A stretch of DNA of 64,000 nucleotides from a virus, in IMG/VR virus record IMGVR_UViG_3300027917_000019, positions 101,820-165,819 of that record, one strand, 5' to 3'. Positions 20,924-30,774 of the stretch are shown one piece after another. Numbering within the stretch: position 1 is the stretch's first letter; the number at the start of each line of letters is the position of its first letter. Made by a program: the position numbers and the translations under genes. The notes under the pieces were generated by a model, which saw nothing but the letters and a program-made list of their open reading frames with translations, searched no databases and was not told the DNA's origin.

Positions 20924-21210
20924 AAGTATTAGATCGAGTTACCTCCTATGTTTCAAAATTGCTTCTCCCAAAGGCTGATGCGGAGGATTTTCAGGATTTC
21001 TTTGTTGAAGCGTCATACAAGGCGGGACTGAAAGAAGCGTTGGATATTTGTGGTAATGTTCTCGACGAGTGTGACGTCATGATTTCTCTATACGAAGATG
21101 CAGCTAATGAGCATCCCGTGAGTGAAGCAGCGCAGCGTATCCACACCTACACTGCGCGTAAACAGGGTGTCCTCCAAATCAGGGACAGGCTTATGTCTCG
21201 TCTAGAGTGA
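20920..21210 (+). CDS. Hypothetical protein
   Basis: ATGA overlap. Confidence 0.55.
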   Translation: MKVLDRVTSYVSKLLLPKADAEDFQDFFVEASYKAGLKEALDICGNVLDECDVMISLYEDAANEHPVSEAAQRIHTYTARKQGVLQIRDRLMSRLE

Positions 21211-21211
21211 T

Positions 21212-21829
21212 ATGGCTATCGAGGTTGAAGTAGGCCAAGTTTTTGGAGCTTGGGAAGTTCTAGAGAAACTCAGCTATAAGAACAAATACAGGTGTATTTG
21301 TCAGGCGTGTGGAGAAACCGTTCAAAACATTAGGGTCTACGATCTCGTAAAAGGAAAGACTCTGATGTGTAAGAACTGTTCTCAAACAAAGAGTACAGAA
21401 ATCGCACGCCCATTGGAGTACCACACGTGGATAGCTATGAACCAACGCTGCCACAATCCCAACTCGAAGGACTACAAAAACTACGGAGCGCGTGGAATCG
21501 TTGTCTGCGACCTCTGGCGCAACTCGTTCGAAGCTTTCTACATGTCCATGGGGCCGCGTCCAGAGCCTCATTACACCATTGAGCGAATAGATACAAACGG
21601 AAACTACGAGCCAGGTAATGTAAAATGGGCAACTCGTGCAGAACAGACACGTAACCAACGTTCTAACGTCAACCTAACTATCAACAACGAAACTAAGACA
21701 GTAGCGGAATGGGCGCTGCACAAAGACTGTTCAGTCAGTCAGTTTGTGATCTACAAACGACTAAAGCGAGGCTGGGACCCTGAGCGTGCTGTCTTTGAAC
21801 CAAATACGGTAACTCCTTCAAATGACTAA
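21212..21829 (+). CDS. Free-standing HNH-type homing endonuclease
   Basis: WIAMNQRCHNP..YGARGIVVC..W..F..TIERIDTNGNYEPGNVKWAT..Q..N. Confidence 0.85.
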   Translation: MAIEVEVGQVFGAWEVLEKLSYKNKYRCICQACGETVQNIRVYDLVKGKTLMCKNCSQTKSTEIARPLEYHTWIAMNQRCHNPNSKDYKNYGARGIVVCDLWRNSFEAFYMSMGPRPEPHYTIERIDTNGNYEPGNVKWATRAEQTRNQRSNVNLTINNETKTVAEWALHKDCSVSQFVIYKRLKRGWDPERAVFEPNTVTPSND

Positions 21830-22178
21830 GAAACACCGTGAAATTGAGACTACGCGACTAGAGTACAAGAAGGGAACTTCTAACAAGTTCTACGAAGTCA
21901 GGTTGGTTTACGTGCCTGATATGGACGGATATCAAGTTATACGAAAGTGGGGTAGGATCGGGACGCTTGGAGACAGTAGGACAGAATACGTGGGTACGGA
22001 GTCTACTGCTTGGGACATGTATGCAGATTACCTTGACGCTAAGGAAGCCAAGGGATACAAGCGGGTTAGCGTTACCAAGGGTGATGCCGTACCTAAGGCT
22101 AAACGGAAGCCTCTGCCTAAGGCCAAGAAAGCTGTTGAAACTAAGACTTGGGCAGAGGATGATTGGGATGTTTTGTGA
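21822..22178 (+). CDS. Stand-alone WGR domain protein
   Basis: SNKFYEV..KWGRIGT..KEAKGY. Confidence 0.85.
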   Translation: MTKKHREIETTRLEYKKGTSNKFYEVRLVYVPDMDGYQVIRKWGRIGTLGDSRTEYVGTESTAWDMYADYLDAKEAKGYKRVSVTKGDAVPKAKRKPLPKAKKAVETKTWAEDDWDVL

Positions 22179-22708
22179 GCAAGAAGATCAATAGTAGGAG
22201 TAAAGGGAACAGGGGAGAACGTATCCTAGTAAAGAAGTTCTCAAGCTGGTGGGGTAAGGAATTCTACAGAACTCCAGGATCAGGCTCTTTCGCTACTAGA
22301 GGGTACAAGCATGAGGCTATGAGCCTCGCTGGCGATGTTGTTACGACAGATGAGACATTTCCTTTTTGTATCGAGTCTAAGAACGCAGAAGGGTGGCATC
22401 TCGAACAACTTCTAACGTCTCCCAGATGTGACATAATCAAGTGGTGGGAACAGGCTGTTGCTGAAACTCCCGAAGGAAAGATTCCTCTCCTCGTGTTCAC
22501 TAGAAATCACCAACCCCATTTCTTCATGATGCCGATTGACTATTGGTACAAAGTGGCTAATTTGGGGATGGCTTCCCGTTCAACAGCGGGCTTTATCTTT
22601 GAGATAGGCACCACTACAGTCAAATTAGGGCTGTTAGACGAGTTGTTTGAAAGAACCCAACCAGATGCTTGGAGACACCATGTCTGCGAAGAAACCCCCC
22701 GAGACTGA
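22175..22708 (+). CDS. Holliday junction resolvase (PD-(D/E)xK)
   Basis: SRSKGNRGER..RTPGSG..GDV..IESKN..WWEQA. Confidence 0.8.
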   Translation: MSKKINSRSKGNRGERILVKKFSSWWGKEFYRTPGSGSFATRGYKHEAMSLAGDVVTTDETFPFCIESKNAEGWHLEQLLTSPRCDIIKWWEQAVAETPEGKIPLLVFTRNHQPHFFMMPIDYWYKVANLGMASRSTAGFIFEIGTTTVKLGLLDELFERTQPDAWRHHVCEETPRD

Positions 22709-22808
22709 CCGTTCAAAGCTTCCAGAGCCTTCTCTACCTAAGTGCCCCTCTTGCGGTAAGAATCCGTTTGAATGTAAGTGTGGTACTTGGGAGGACTTGA
22801 ATAAGTGA
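22680..22808 (+). CDS. 42-aa Cys-rich mini-protein
   Basis: GGAG RBS; CPSCGKNPFECKC; stop overlaps next GTG. Confidence 0.5.
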   Translation: MSAKKPPETDRSKLPEPSLPKCPSCGKNPFECKCGTWEDLNK

Positions 22809-23599
22809 GCACTAAGGGACGTATCAAGTTCACTGTAGCCGGGGCCCACCCGCAGCTCTACATGTTGCGCGACCACCTCATCAAAAGGGGATTTGCTCTC
22901 GTTTCTCCAGATGAAGATGTTGATTTTGTACTTCAGGGGGGCTTGACTGGTGCTCCAGAGACTTGGCGGCTTGATTGTCCAAGTTCTGAAATTCCAGTGC
23001 TTCTGTTGAGTAGCGATTGGGTCTATTCAGACCGCGATCTGGCTCTCGGGGTTCGCGACAAAGTTCCCATGCGAGAGGATGACCCAATTCTATTGCCATC
23101 TTCTGCGGAGCCTACAATCGCAAGTACGCTTCAGTACTTGCAAGCGGAGAACTACTTCCTGCGCTATACAAAGACCATGGTGCTTCGTATCTTCAACATC
23201 TATGGTCCTGATATTAAAGAAGGGTTGATTGTAGACTATCTAGACTGTGTTTGCAACGTTACGCCGTTGCCGATCTATGCGCCAGGGTACCAAACACGCA
23301 CGTACTTACATCAGACAGATTTCTTGACAATCTTTGATAGGATGGTCCAGCGTTTTCTAGAAGGAACTACCGGCATTTTCAACGTAGGGTCTGAGGAGGA
23401 AACTTCCATCAAACGCCTTGCAGACTCTGTTTGGCAACTCGCGTACGGTCCATCAACCCCTGTCCAGGTAGAAAAAGTTAGGGCACCGCGTTCTTATCGT
23501 TGGTGGGTCCTTCCTGACTTGACTCGCACCAAGGCCGTGACTAAGTGGAAAGCTAAGGTCACCCTTCGCACTGGTTTGTGGGAGATGTTGAATGACTGA
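22805..23599 (+). CDS. Degenerate NAD-dependent sugar epimerase/dehydratase-like protein
   Basis: LRIFNIYGP, QTRTYLH..D, FNVGS..SI..LA, PDLT..W..KVTL..GL; GxxGxxG and YxxxK missing. Confidence 0.7.
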   Translation: MSTKGRIKFTVAGAHPQLYMLRDHLIKRGFALVSPDEDVDFVLQGGLTGAPETWRLDCPSSEIPVLLLSSDWVYSDRDLALGVRDKVPMREDDPILLPSSAEPTIASTLQYLQAENYFLRYTKTMVLRIFNIYGPDIKEGLIVDYLDCVCNVTPLPIYAPGYQTRTYLHQTDFLTIFDRMVQRFLEGTTGIFNVGSEEETSIKRLADSVWQLAYGPSTPVQVEKVRAPRSYRWWVLPDLTRTKAVTKWKAKVTLRTGLWEMLND

Positions 23600-23699
23600 A
23601 GAAGAAACTATTGCTCTCGAAGCCTACATGCGTACTCCTCCTGATGATACGAAAGGGGAAGTTGAGGTTTCGGAATCAGGCGAATGGGACGTTCTGTGA
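23592..23699 (+). CDS. 35-aa acidic mini-protein
   Basis: GGAG RBS, ATG overlapping previous stop; ends EWDVL. Confidence 0.45.
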   Translation: MTEEETIALEAYMRTPPDDTKGEVEVSESGEWDVL

Positions 23700-23989
23700 C
23701 AGCACACAACACCACAATAGGACGGATTGACCTTGAACGAAGAGTATTAATCACAATTGGTAAGGTGGAATACAACCTTTCTGACTATCCCAATGTCATG
23801 ATCCTGATAGATGGGGAGTGGGTGGAGGGGTGGGTCTGGACTCCGATACCTATCATACGTAGCGCTTATTATCTCAAGGTTGTATTGGCTATAGAAGATG
23901 ATTGTGTTCACTTTGTGTATGCACTTCCGAGTGTATGTATCCCGGCAGAAACCTTCCCCTTCATGGACGTAAATGCCTGGAAATCCTAA
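23684..23989 (+). CDS. Hypothetical protein
   Basis: ORF in operon. Confidence 0.45.
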   Translation: MGRSVTAHNTTIGRIDLERRVLITIGKVEYNLSDYPNVMILIDGEWVEGWVWTPIPIIRSAYYLKVVLAIEDDCVHFVYALPSVCIPAETFPFMDVNAWKS

Positions 23990-24629
23990 TCGAAAACTGG
24001 TTCTAGTAGCAGATACTCACGATCGGTACGGAATGTTCCCTATGCCGGAAGGGGATATCTTGCTCCACGCAGGAGACTTTACCTTTCGAGGACGCCCTGA
24101 TGAGTTGTCTCGTTTTAATGATTGGTTGGATGCACAAGGTAGCTTTGCCCACAAGGTCATCATCCCAGGTAATCATGATTTGAGTTTTGAAGTCGATTGG
24201 TGCGGAGCGGTTGGAAAAGTGCCGGCTGCTGATGCCGTTCTCAACGGTCAGTTGTATGAAGCTTTGGGGCTTAAGATTTGGGGAGAGCCTCGACAACCAG
24301 AGTTCTATAACTGGGCGTTCAACGTATCTCGCGAAGGGATGAAGAAAGTCTGGGAAAAGGTGCCGCCAGACATTGATATCTTGCTGACACACGGCCCTCC
24401 ATACGGGGTAGGGGATATGACTCTTCCAAGGAATTTTAAGCTTGGAGAACATGTGGGCTGTAAGTATCAGCGCCAGTGGATTGAAGAGAACCAACCGAGG
24501 TTGGTGGTGTGTGGGCATATTCACCCAGGATATGGCATCTACATGCTGGGAAATACCCTTGTAGTAAATGCAAGTGTTTGTACTGAGGCGTACAAACCTA
24601 CAAACCCACCCATTGTCCTGCACATCTAA
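23973..24629 (+). CDS. Calcineurin-like metallophosphoesterase
   Basis: ADTH, HAGD, PGNHD, THGPP, GHIH. Confidence 0.92.
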   Translation: MPGNPNRKLVLVADTHDRYGMFPMPEGDILLHAGDFTFRGRPDELSRFNDWLDAQGSFAHKVIIPGNHDLSFEVDWCGAVGKVPAADAVLNGQLYEALGLKIWGEPRQPEFYNWAFNVSREGMKKVWEKVPPDIDILLTHGPPYGVGDMTLPRNFKLGEHVGCKYQRQWIEENQPRLVVCGHIHPGYGIYMLGNTLVVNASVCTEAYKPTNPPIVLHI

Positions 24630-24641
24630 GCGTGCTATACT
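24613..24641 (+). promoter_or_regulatory. Sigma70-like promoter, near-leaderless for 24650 ORF
   Basis: TTGTCC-N17-TATACT with extended -10 TG; 8 nt between -10 and ATG. Confidence 0.5.
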
Positions 24642-24649
24642 TCGCTTAA

Positions 24650-24892
24650 ATGCGGCGTTGGTTTATTCGTGATTTTCAATCAGATGATCTCACGGAAGTT
24701 GTTGACTTCCGTGAAGCGGAACTTCTTGCACGAAAACTGAGTAAAGAAAACGAGTCTGGATTGATGGAGGTATTAGTCGAGGAGACTAATGGCCTCCTTT
24801 TTGTTACTGGCATCTTCCTGCGAGGCAGGAAGAGATACCAAGGCAAGAAAGCTAGGGAAAGTAGTGCCAATGGGCTACCTCCCACACTTTGA
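24650..24892 (+). CDS. Small protein, paralog of C-terminal domain of 30775-31251
   Basis: Alignable end to end by eye. Confidence 0.7.
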   Translation: MRRWFIRDFQSDDLTEVVDFREAELLARKLSKENESGLMEVLVEETNGLLFVTGIFLRGRKRYQGKKARESSANGLPPTL

Positions 24893-24899
24893 TTTGTAA

Positions 24900-24928
24900 T
24901 TGACAACTCCTTCAGTATTTGGTACCTT
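24900..24928 (+). promoter_or_regulatory. Sigma70-like promoter of the structural cassette
   Basis: TTGACA-N17-TACCTT in intergenic gap. Confidence 0.6.
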
Positions 24929-25017
24929 TACTTGTATCTGTATCATGAGGGTAGGACTAACTTCCGGGAGGGACGACTCGGGTTACTGTGCTTTCATAAA
25001 GGCAAGGAACAACTGAA

Positions 25018-27507
25018 ATGGCACTAGGCGTAATTGCGGACCCCAACTCTCTGTCCCAGGGTGAGGAAACCGTTGTGTCTGATTGGGTGGTTGGCACACC
25101 CACAGGGCTGAATGTTACTCATACTTCTGCTGGCGCTAACTTTGAAGTCCTAGCAGCTGGAGATTTCTTTGAAATCCGTGATCACAGTGTTGCTGTGAAC
25201 AACGGACTTTACATTGCAACCGGTACGCCTAGTGCAAGCTCTCTACCCAGCACAAAGGTTACAGGAAGCGCTCCGTCAGCCTCTGGGTCTGAATCTGCGA
25301 GCATGTTCTCTAAGGTAACTACTGCTGTCTCTGACATGGTTTTTGCAAACCAGAGCGTGCGAGTGGTAGACATTACCTCAGCCCTCAGTGAGCTTCCTGC
25401 ACTGGTAGTTGGGTCTAGATTCGTTGTTGGAGACCACTCAGACCCAGATAACAACGGTACGTATGAAGTAACTGTCGTCAATACTTCAACGAGTGACTAC
25501 ACCTGTACTAAGCTAGACCTTTCTACCAACGATCCGAATAACGCAGCTTCGGAAGCTGCTACTACTATCCATGCTGACAAGAGTGTCATGTACGACACTG
25601 CAGCACTGGATATCTATCTCATGGAGAATGGTGGTCTCGACCTAGACGGTGTTCTAGGACAGGCGTTGTATTCTTTCACGGTAATTTCCTGGAAGGACGA
25701 TGACTTCCTCATTGCAAACGCACCGTTCCCGATGCTTTGTATCGACGCTGACGCTGGTAAGTACTTCGTAGGTCAGGACCCGTCTGGTAACAACTCCGGT
25801 TGGCAGATGGCTGACAACGCTACACACAGCATTAGGACCACAAAGCTTCCCAGGAACATGGGATGGTCCGAGGTTAGTGCTGCGGGTGTCTTGAATAAGC
25901 AGTATGCGGGTATTCGAACCCTTGGTGCTTTCCTAGACGAGACTCCTGGTACTGGTGACACGGCTTACTATCACTTCGGGTCTGATACCACGGTAGATGA
26001 CACTGTAAGCTTTACTTTTGCTGGTCCTGTAAATGAGCCTATCGAGGTTTACAACGGCCTAGCAACGCCGGCCGATCCGTCTCCAGGATTTGCTATCACA
26101 GTAACCAACACTATCACTAGAGCTGACGGTGGAAACTGGAGAACCGACGGCTACAAGGTCGGCGGTCAGATTGTTATCATTGACGCAGAGGATGTAGGAA
26201 ACAATGGTACCTACGTTCTTACAAGCGTACAGGACTCGGTAAACGGTGCTGTAGTTGTGGCTGGTACACTTACCAACAACGCTGCAGATACGACTGTCCA
26301 CTTTGCGACGGATAATAGAAACCTCCTCACACTGAAGTTGAGAGTGCGTACAACGTCGGGTGACACTAACGCTAGAACGTTCGCACAGGCTAACCTAACT
26401 TCCGCTGGTGAAACCATCCTCTCAAACCGTTTGTTCACGTTCGGTTTGTCTAACTCTCAGGACCTTGATATCTCCGCATCCGATGCGACGATTGACGGGT
26501 CTGTGCCTTACACCGGCATGAGTATGACTTACTACGCAACCCCCCAGTCGTTGGGTGGATCTGGAGACTTGGTAGGCGGTCCATACAACTTCGGTATTGT
26601 AATCACTGGTAATGATGGTACTAACACCCAGGTGTATGAGTGGACGCAACGTCAGTTGAGAAAGACTTCTGACATTGATGCCGACGCAGACGTTGCTATT
26701 GGTGTTATGATGGACGGTTTGATGCGCTTCCTAGGTCCGACTCTACAAGTTGGATCTGTGGACGGTGGCTTGAGCTTCCCGGTGAACCCGGATGGCGGCG
26801 GGTCTGGAGTATTCATCTCCGGCCTCAATGCGTCTAGTCGTAACAACACGGTCTATTACGATAACCTAGGAATTCAGCGTGCTCACCCGCTCGGAGTGCC
26901 AGTCACCTTGGATTTCAATGCCACTATTATTGATGACTCTTTGGCTAAGTACACACTGTTCTTTGACGCAACCATCTACACCACTGTAGCTGATTTGGTC
27001 ATTACAGCGGGTACCGGTGCCAATGGTACCTTCAACTCCACAGGAGCTAATCTACCTACGCTTGCTGTAGGTGCCCTACAATATGTGCGCGTTACCGGGA
27101 AGACTGGTGTTGACGCAGCTATGAATGGCATCTACCAAGTAACTACTGAGACGTCTACCTCTGTGTGGAGCGTAACTAGATACGACGGTGACACTATAGT
27201 AACTACTGGGTCTTCTTCTTGTAGCGTAGACCAGTATCCGATCGATTCTCCTGACGCAATCATCGTACAGGATGACACTCCGGTGGATGTGACAGGCACA
27301 GACCCGAGTGCGGACTTTGTATTCACTTTCGACTATTCCGGAAACACGCAAGGTGGGCGTACTGCAAGCACAGATGCCTTCGTCAAGGCTCGTGCTATTG
27401 GACAGTCTGGGGCGCAGTATACACAGACTACGGTACAGACCATTCCATCCACCGCTGTGACCATCCCGGTAACGTCCAACATTGAGAGAAACTTCCTCAA
27501 CCCGTGA
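25018..27507 (+). CDS. Large acidic beta-rich virion protein with four NGxYxV (FCCH-like) modules
   Basis: G/T/S/D-rich; NNGLYIA, NNGTYEV, NNGTYVL, MNGIYQV; ends ERNFLNP. Confidence 0.7.
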   Translation: MALGVIADPNSLSQGEETVVSDWVVGTPTGLNVTHTSAGANFEVLAAGDFFEIRDHSVAVNNGLYIATGTPSASSLPSTKVTGSAPSASGSESASMFSKVTTAVSDMVFANQSVRVVDITSALSELPALVVGSRFVVGDHSDPDNNGTYEVTVVNTSTSDYTCTKLDLSTNDPNNAASEAATTIHADKSVMYDTAALDIYLMENGGLDLDGVLGQALYSFTVISWKDDDFLIANAPFPMLCIDADAGKYFVGQDPSGNNSGWQMADNATHSIRTTKLPRNMGWSEVSAAGVLNKQYAGIRTLGAFLDETPGTGDTAYYHFGSDTTVDDTVSFTFAGPVNEPIEVYNGLATPADPSPGFAITVTNTITRADGGNWRTDGYKVGGQIVIIDAEDVGNNGTYVLTSVQDSVNGAVVVAGTLTNNAADTTVHFATDNRNLLTLKLRVRTTSGDTNARTFAQANLTSAGETILSNRLFTFGLSNSQDLDISASDATIDGSVPYTGMSMTYYATPQSLGGSGDLVGGPYNFGIVITGNDGTNTQVYEWTQRQLRKTSDIDADADVAIGVMMDGLMRFLGPTLQVGSVDGGLSFPVNPDGGGSGVFISGLNASSRNNTVYYDNLGIQRAHPLGVPVTLDFNATIIDDSLAKYTLFFDATIYTTVADLVITAGTGANGTFNSTGANLPTLAVGALQYVRVTGKTGVDAAMNGIYQVTTETSTSVWSVTRYDGDTIVTTGSSSCSVDQYPIDSPDAIIVQDDTPVDVTGTDPSADFVFTFDYSGNTQGGRTASTDAFVKARAIGQSGAQYTQTTVQTIPSTAVTIPVTSNIERNFLNP

Positions 27508-27531
27508 TGGTTTGACATATGTGGGGTTATA

Positions 27532-29742
27532 GTGGCTATCACCTACTCAGCAGGTGCAGGAACAGCTGTTACTACTAGTGCAAAAAACGGTACCGTAAAG
27601 TCCTTTACCGGTGGAAAGGTTCGTTTGAACGACCCTATTACTACTGGGAATAACGGTAACTTGGTAGCAAGTCCGACCTATACGGGTCGCTTGATCTATA
27701 TTAGCGGTGGTACAGGTGTTGGGCAAACTAGGTATATTTCTGGAGAAACATTGTCTCTTGGTGATGGAGACGATGTTGATCTCGACGTTTCTGAGCCTTG
27801 GACAACAAATCCTGACAACACTAGTACCTACGAGATTAGCTACATCCTAGAGGACGCAGCCACGCTGGCTGGGTTGTCGTTGAACACCCGAAACGGTTTC
27901 TGGGAATGGAAGCGTGAGCTAGTCATTGACGGCTCAGGAACTTTCGCATTCATGTTCTGGGCAGGTGATAAGAAACTTGTCGAGTGGTATGATAACGGTT
28001 CCACGTCAGCAGGGTCCGTATATATAGCTAGCAACGGACGTCTGGATATCGGATACCCCCTTGTAGACCTGCCTGTGTTTGGTTGCGCAAGCGTTGTCGT
28101 TAACGGCACAGACGGAGAGTGGGGGCTGCAGCTAGCTAGCGGCAGCTTCACAAACTTCTACGACTTCCAGTTGTTCGGCGCTGTGGCAAACAACAACATA
28201 AACTCAGCCGGAGGCACGCACGTGTGGCACTCCGGCAAGATACAATCAGCGACTTACGTAGCTTTGTTGGGGGGAACGTTTGAGATCGATGGAATCATTT
28301 TCGTAGGAGAGAGCACTACTAACGACACCATCAGGATCGAGGACACTACCACTTTCCTGTCTGGGCAGATGGTTGGTATGTATGGATTCGAGTCCCTGGA
28401 TGATGGGCTAACTGAGACGTTGGAAGTAAGAAACTGTGTATTTGTTAACACTGCCGGTCGTAATGTTCGTGTTCATGATGACAAGACTTGGAACTTTGTC
28501 AATCCAGTAAACCTTGGTAGTGATTCTACTCTCATTAGCTTTGAGATAGATGATCTAAACCAAGTAAACCGATTGTTCTCCGTCCAAGTTACTGTGACAG
28601 AACCGGATGGTACTGCCATTACAGATGCTGACTGTTACATTTATGAGGGGTTGACCAACCAAGATCTTCCGACCGCTAACTTTGTCGATACTGATTCTAA
28701 CGGGTACGCGACGACAGACGTGTTGGTAAATCGATACACATACCCATCGAGCGTGTTTACTACCGTTTCTTATGGAGATTTCGCGCTCAAAGTGTATGAG
28801 TGGTTGAAGCTGCCCTTCGTCATTCCCATAGTTCCAGATTTCACAATCACTGGAGGAGTAACACAGGGTGTCGTTTTGGTTGCTGACCCCAACATCGTTC
28901 AGACTACTCAGGCGACAGCAATCTCGGCGGGTTCAACCATCACCATGGAGCAGACCGTCAACGGTTCGTCTCTACTAAGCTACGATACGGGCACGATAGC
29001 GTTCAACGTGGGTGATACTGTTGTCGGACTAACCAGCAATGCTAACGGCATCGTTACCGAGATCACAGAAGGTACAACCGCCTCGGGGCGAATCCACCTG
29101 AGGAATAGAAACGCCATTTCTTCGTTTACAGCGGGAGAGGCTCTACAGGTAAGCGGAGTTACGCGCGCCTACGTAACGAATCCACTTGTGCAACTAGACT
29201 TTGCAACGCACATCGACTGCCAAGCGCTCAGCCTACAAACGGTGTATGACTATTGGGCTGCTAGAATGGCCGAAGATACTCTTGGGGCAGTCGGCCAGAC
29301 TGCCATTGAGTGGGGTGCTGAGGAGTGGGCTCAAATTGTATTTGCAGACGGGAATAGCACCTTTAGGACAGAGCGTAACGTTGCAAACACTAACGGTGTG
29401 TTTTTGAGCGACCGAGGTGCCGGGGGCATCACCTATATGACTGCCGATGATGGGACACAGTATGCACCACCCGTTGGGATCACTGTTAGCTTCACTAACG
29501 TTGTTGGGTCTGAAATTCGCGTCTACAAAGTTAGTGACGGTTCCGAAGTAGCTGGCATTGAGACAACAACGGCGTCACCTTGGGATGCTGGTTTGGCGGC
29601 ATCAGTGGCATACAATATTGTTGCTTTGGGCCCCCTTACCGGTACACAATACAAGCCTGTTCGCAAGGAAAATGTTTCCTTTTCTGGCAGTCAAGGTTAT
29701 GATCTAAACCAGCAGATTGACTTGAACTTCAACAACCCGTGA
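27532..29742 (+). CDS. Large beta-rich virion/tail-associated protein
   Basis: GTGVGQTRYI..W.TNPDNTSTYEI motif, beta-helix-like centre, ends DLNFNNP. Confidence 0.7.
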   Translation: MAITYSAGAGTAVTTSAKNGTVKSFTGGKVRLNDPITTGNNGNLVASPTYTGRLIYISGGTGVGQTRYISGETLSLGDGDDVDLDVSEPWTTNPDNTSTYEISYILEDAATLAGLSLNTRNGFWEWKRELVIDGSGTFAFMFWAGDKKLVEWYDNGSTSAGSVYIASNGRLDIGYPLVDLPVFGCASVVVNGTDGEWGLQLASGSFTNFYDFQLFGAVANNNINSAGGTHVWHSGKIQSATYVALLGGTFEIDGIIFVGESTTNDTIRIEDTTTFLSGQMVGMYGFESLDDGLTETLEVRNCVFVNTAGRNVRVHDDKTWNFVNPVNLGSDSTLISFEIDDLNQVNRLFSVQVTVTEPDGTAITDADCYIYEGLTNQDLPTANFVDTDSNGYATTDVLVNRYTYPSSVFTTVSYGDFALKVYEWLKLPFVIPIVPDFTITGGVTQGVVLVADPNIVQTTQATAISAGSTITMEQTVNGSSLLSYDTGTIAFNVGDTVVGLTSNANGIVTEITEGTTASGRIHLRNRNAISSFTAGEALQVSGVTRAYVTNPLVQLDFATHIDCQALSLQTVYDYWAARMAEDTLGAVGQTAIEWGAEEWAQIVFADGNSTFRTERNVANTNGVFLSDRGAGGITYMTADDGTQYAPPVGITVSFTNVVGSEIRVYKVSDGSEVAGIETTTASPWDAGLAASVAYNIVALGPLTGTQYKPVRKENVSFSGSQGYDLNQQIDLNFNNP

Positions 29743-29745
29743 TTT

Positions 29746-30111
29746 ATGCCTGAACTAGAAGAACGCCTTTGGCGAAAAGAAGCTCATCACTTTGTGATTG
29801 AGATTCAAGTTGGTAACGTATGGGTTGAACACAGCCGTGCAAATACCTCTTACGAAGCGCGTAATCAGGCTAAAGAAGCTATCATCGACAAGTCGGTAAA
29901 GGCTGTTCGTGTCGTAGAGCATGCTCTTACACATGTTGCGACGAAGATTTACGAGGATGCCCAAATAGCCATCTTGAAAATTCCTGCTAAAATGGCAATA
30001 ACAGATCGTATACAAGCTTGTCCTAAATGCTCTTCTCCTTCTAAGGTCGCCTATGACGGCTGCGATTATTGGACGTTTTGTGACGCTTGCCAAAGCACAA
30101 TGCCGGTATGA
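29746..30111 (+). CDS. Hypothetical protein with C-terminal Zn ribbon
   Basis: CPKC..CDAC. Confidence 0.55.
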   Translation: MPELEERLWRKEAHHFVIEIQVGNVWVEHSRANTSYEARNQAKEAIIDKSVKAVRVVEHALTHVATKIYEDAQIAILKIPAKMAITDRIQACPKCSSPSKVAYDGCDYWTFCDACQSTMPV

Positions 30112-30114
30112 TAG

Positions 30115-30774
30115 ATGCCTGATATAGTTACATTCGACACTTCTGGACCTCTGCGAATCATTGAGATTAGCGCAGGCGGGGATAACGAGATAGATTGGCT
30201 TGAAATCTACTCGGAGTGGAAGGTGTGGTCTCAGCTATCAGATAACCTGAAATACCCGCCCGCGTTTCGAGTTGTCGGTGGTGACCCTATTTCTGACGTG
30301 CAGAATCTAGGCAGTACCTTTTTCTTGCTGGCTCCTTGGAGATTTAGACCTGCAGAGCTGGACCACGAGCTTATTATCAACGGCAATGTTTTCTACGATC
30401 CTCCGGGTATTCCCCCCGTTGTGCCGACTCTTGGAGGATACACGGTACTAACTACACTCAAGGTTTCTAACCTTGTGGATTCTGCTGCCACTCCAGAAGT
30501 AGACCCAGCGGCTATAGCGGACGCTGTGTGGGATGAGCCTGTTGCAGACCACCTAGGTGTAGGATCTACTGGTGCCGCTTTGGAATCTGGAGGCGCGGGG
30601 GGTGCTGGGTTGACTGACGCTCAGGCTACACAGCTAGCAGAAGTTTGGAGGCTACTTGGCCTCGACTCTGCTGCGCCACTAACTATCGCCCGCACACAAC
30701 GTTCTGCAGGATCCGGTATTGTTTTGAGGATTGCTGAACTACCTAGCGGGTCTGCTACCGTGACAAGGCAATAA
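30115..30774 (+). CDS. Putative virion protein
   Basis: IYSEWKVW..NLKYPPAFRVVGGDP, IADAVWDE motif; cassette context. Confidence 0.6.
   Translation: MPDIVTFDTSGPLRIIEISAGGDNEIDWLEIYSEWKVWSQLSDNLKYPPAFRVVGGDPISDVQNLGSTFFLLAPWRFRPAELDHELIINGNVFYDPPGIPPVVPTLGGYTVLTTLKVSNLVDSAATPEVDPAAIADAVWDEPVADHLGVGSTGAALESGGAGGAGLTDAQATQLAEVWRLLGLDSAAPLTIARTQRSAGSGIVLRIAELPSGSATVTRQ

Noticed and set aside
27511-27533. TTGACA..TATAGT promoter before the 736-aa gene
   Set aside because: Spacer is only 10 bp.
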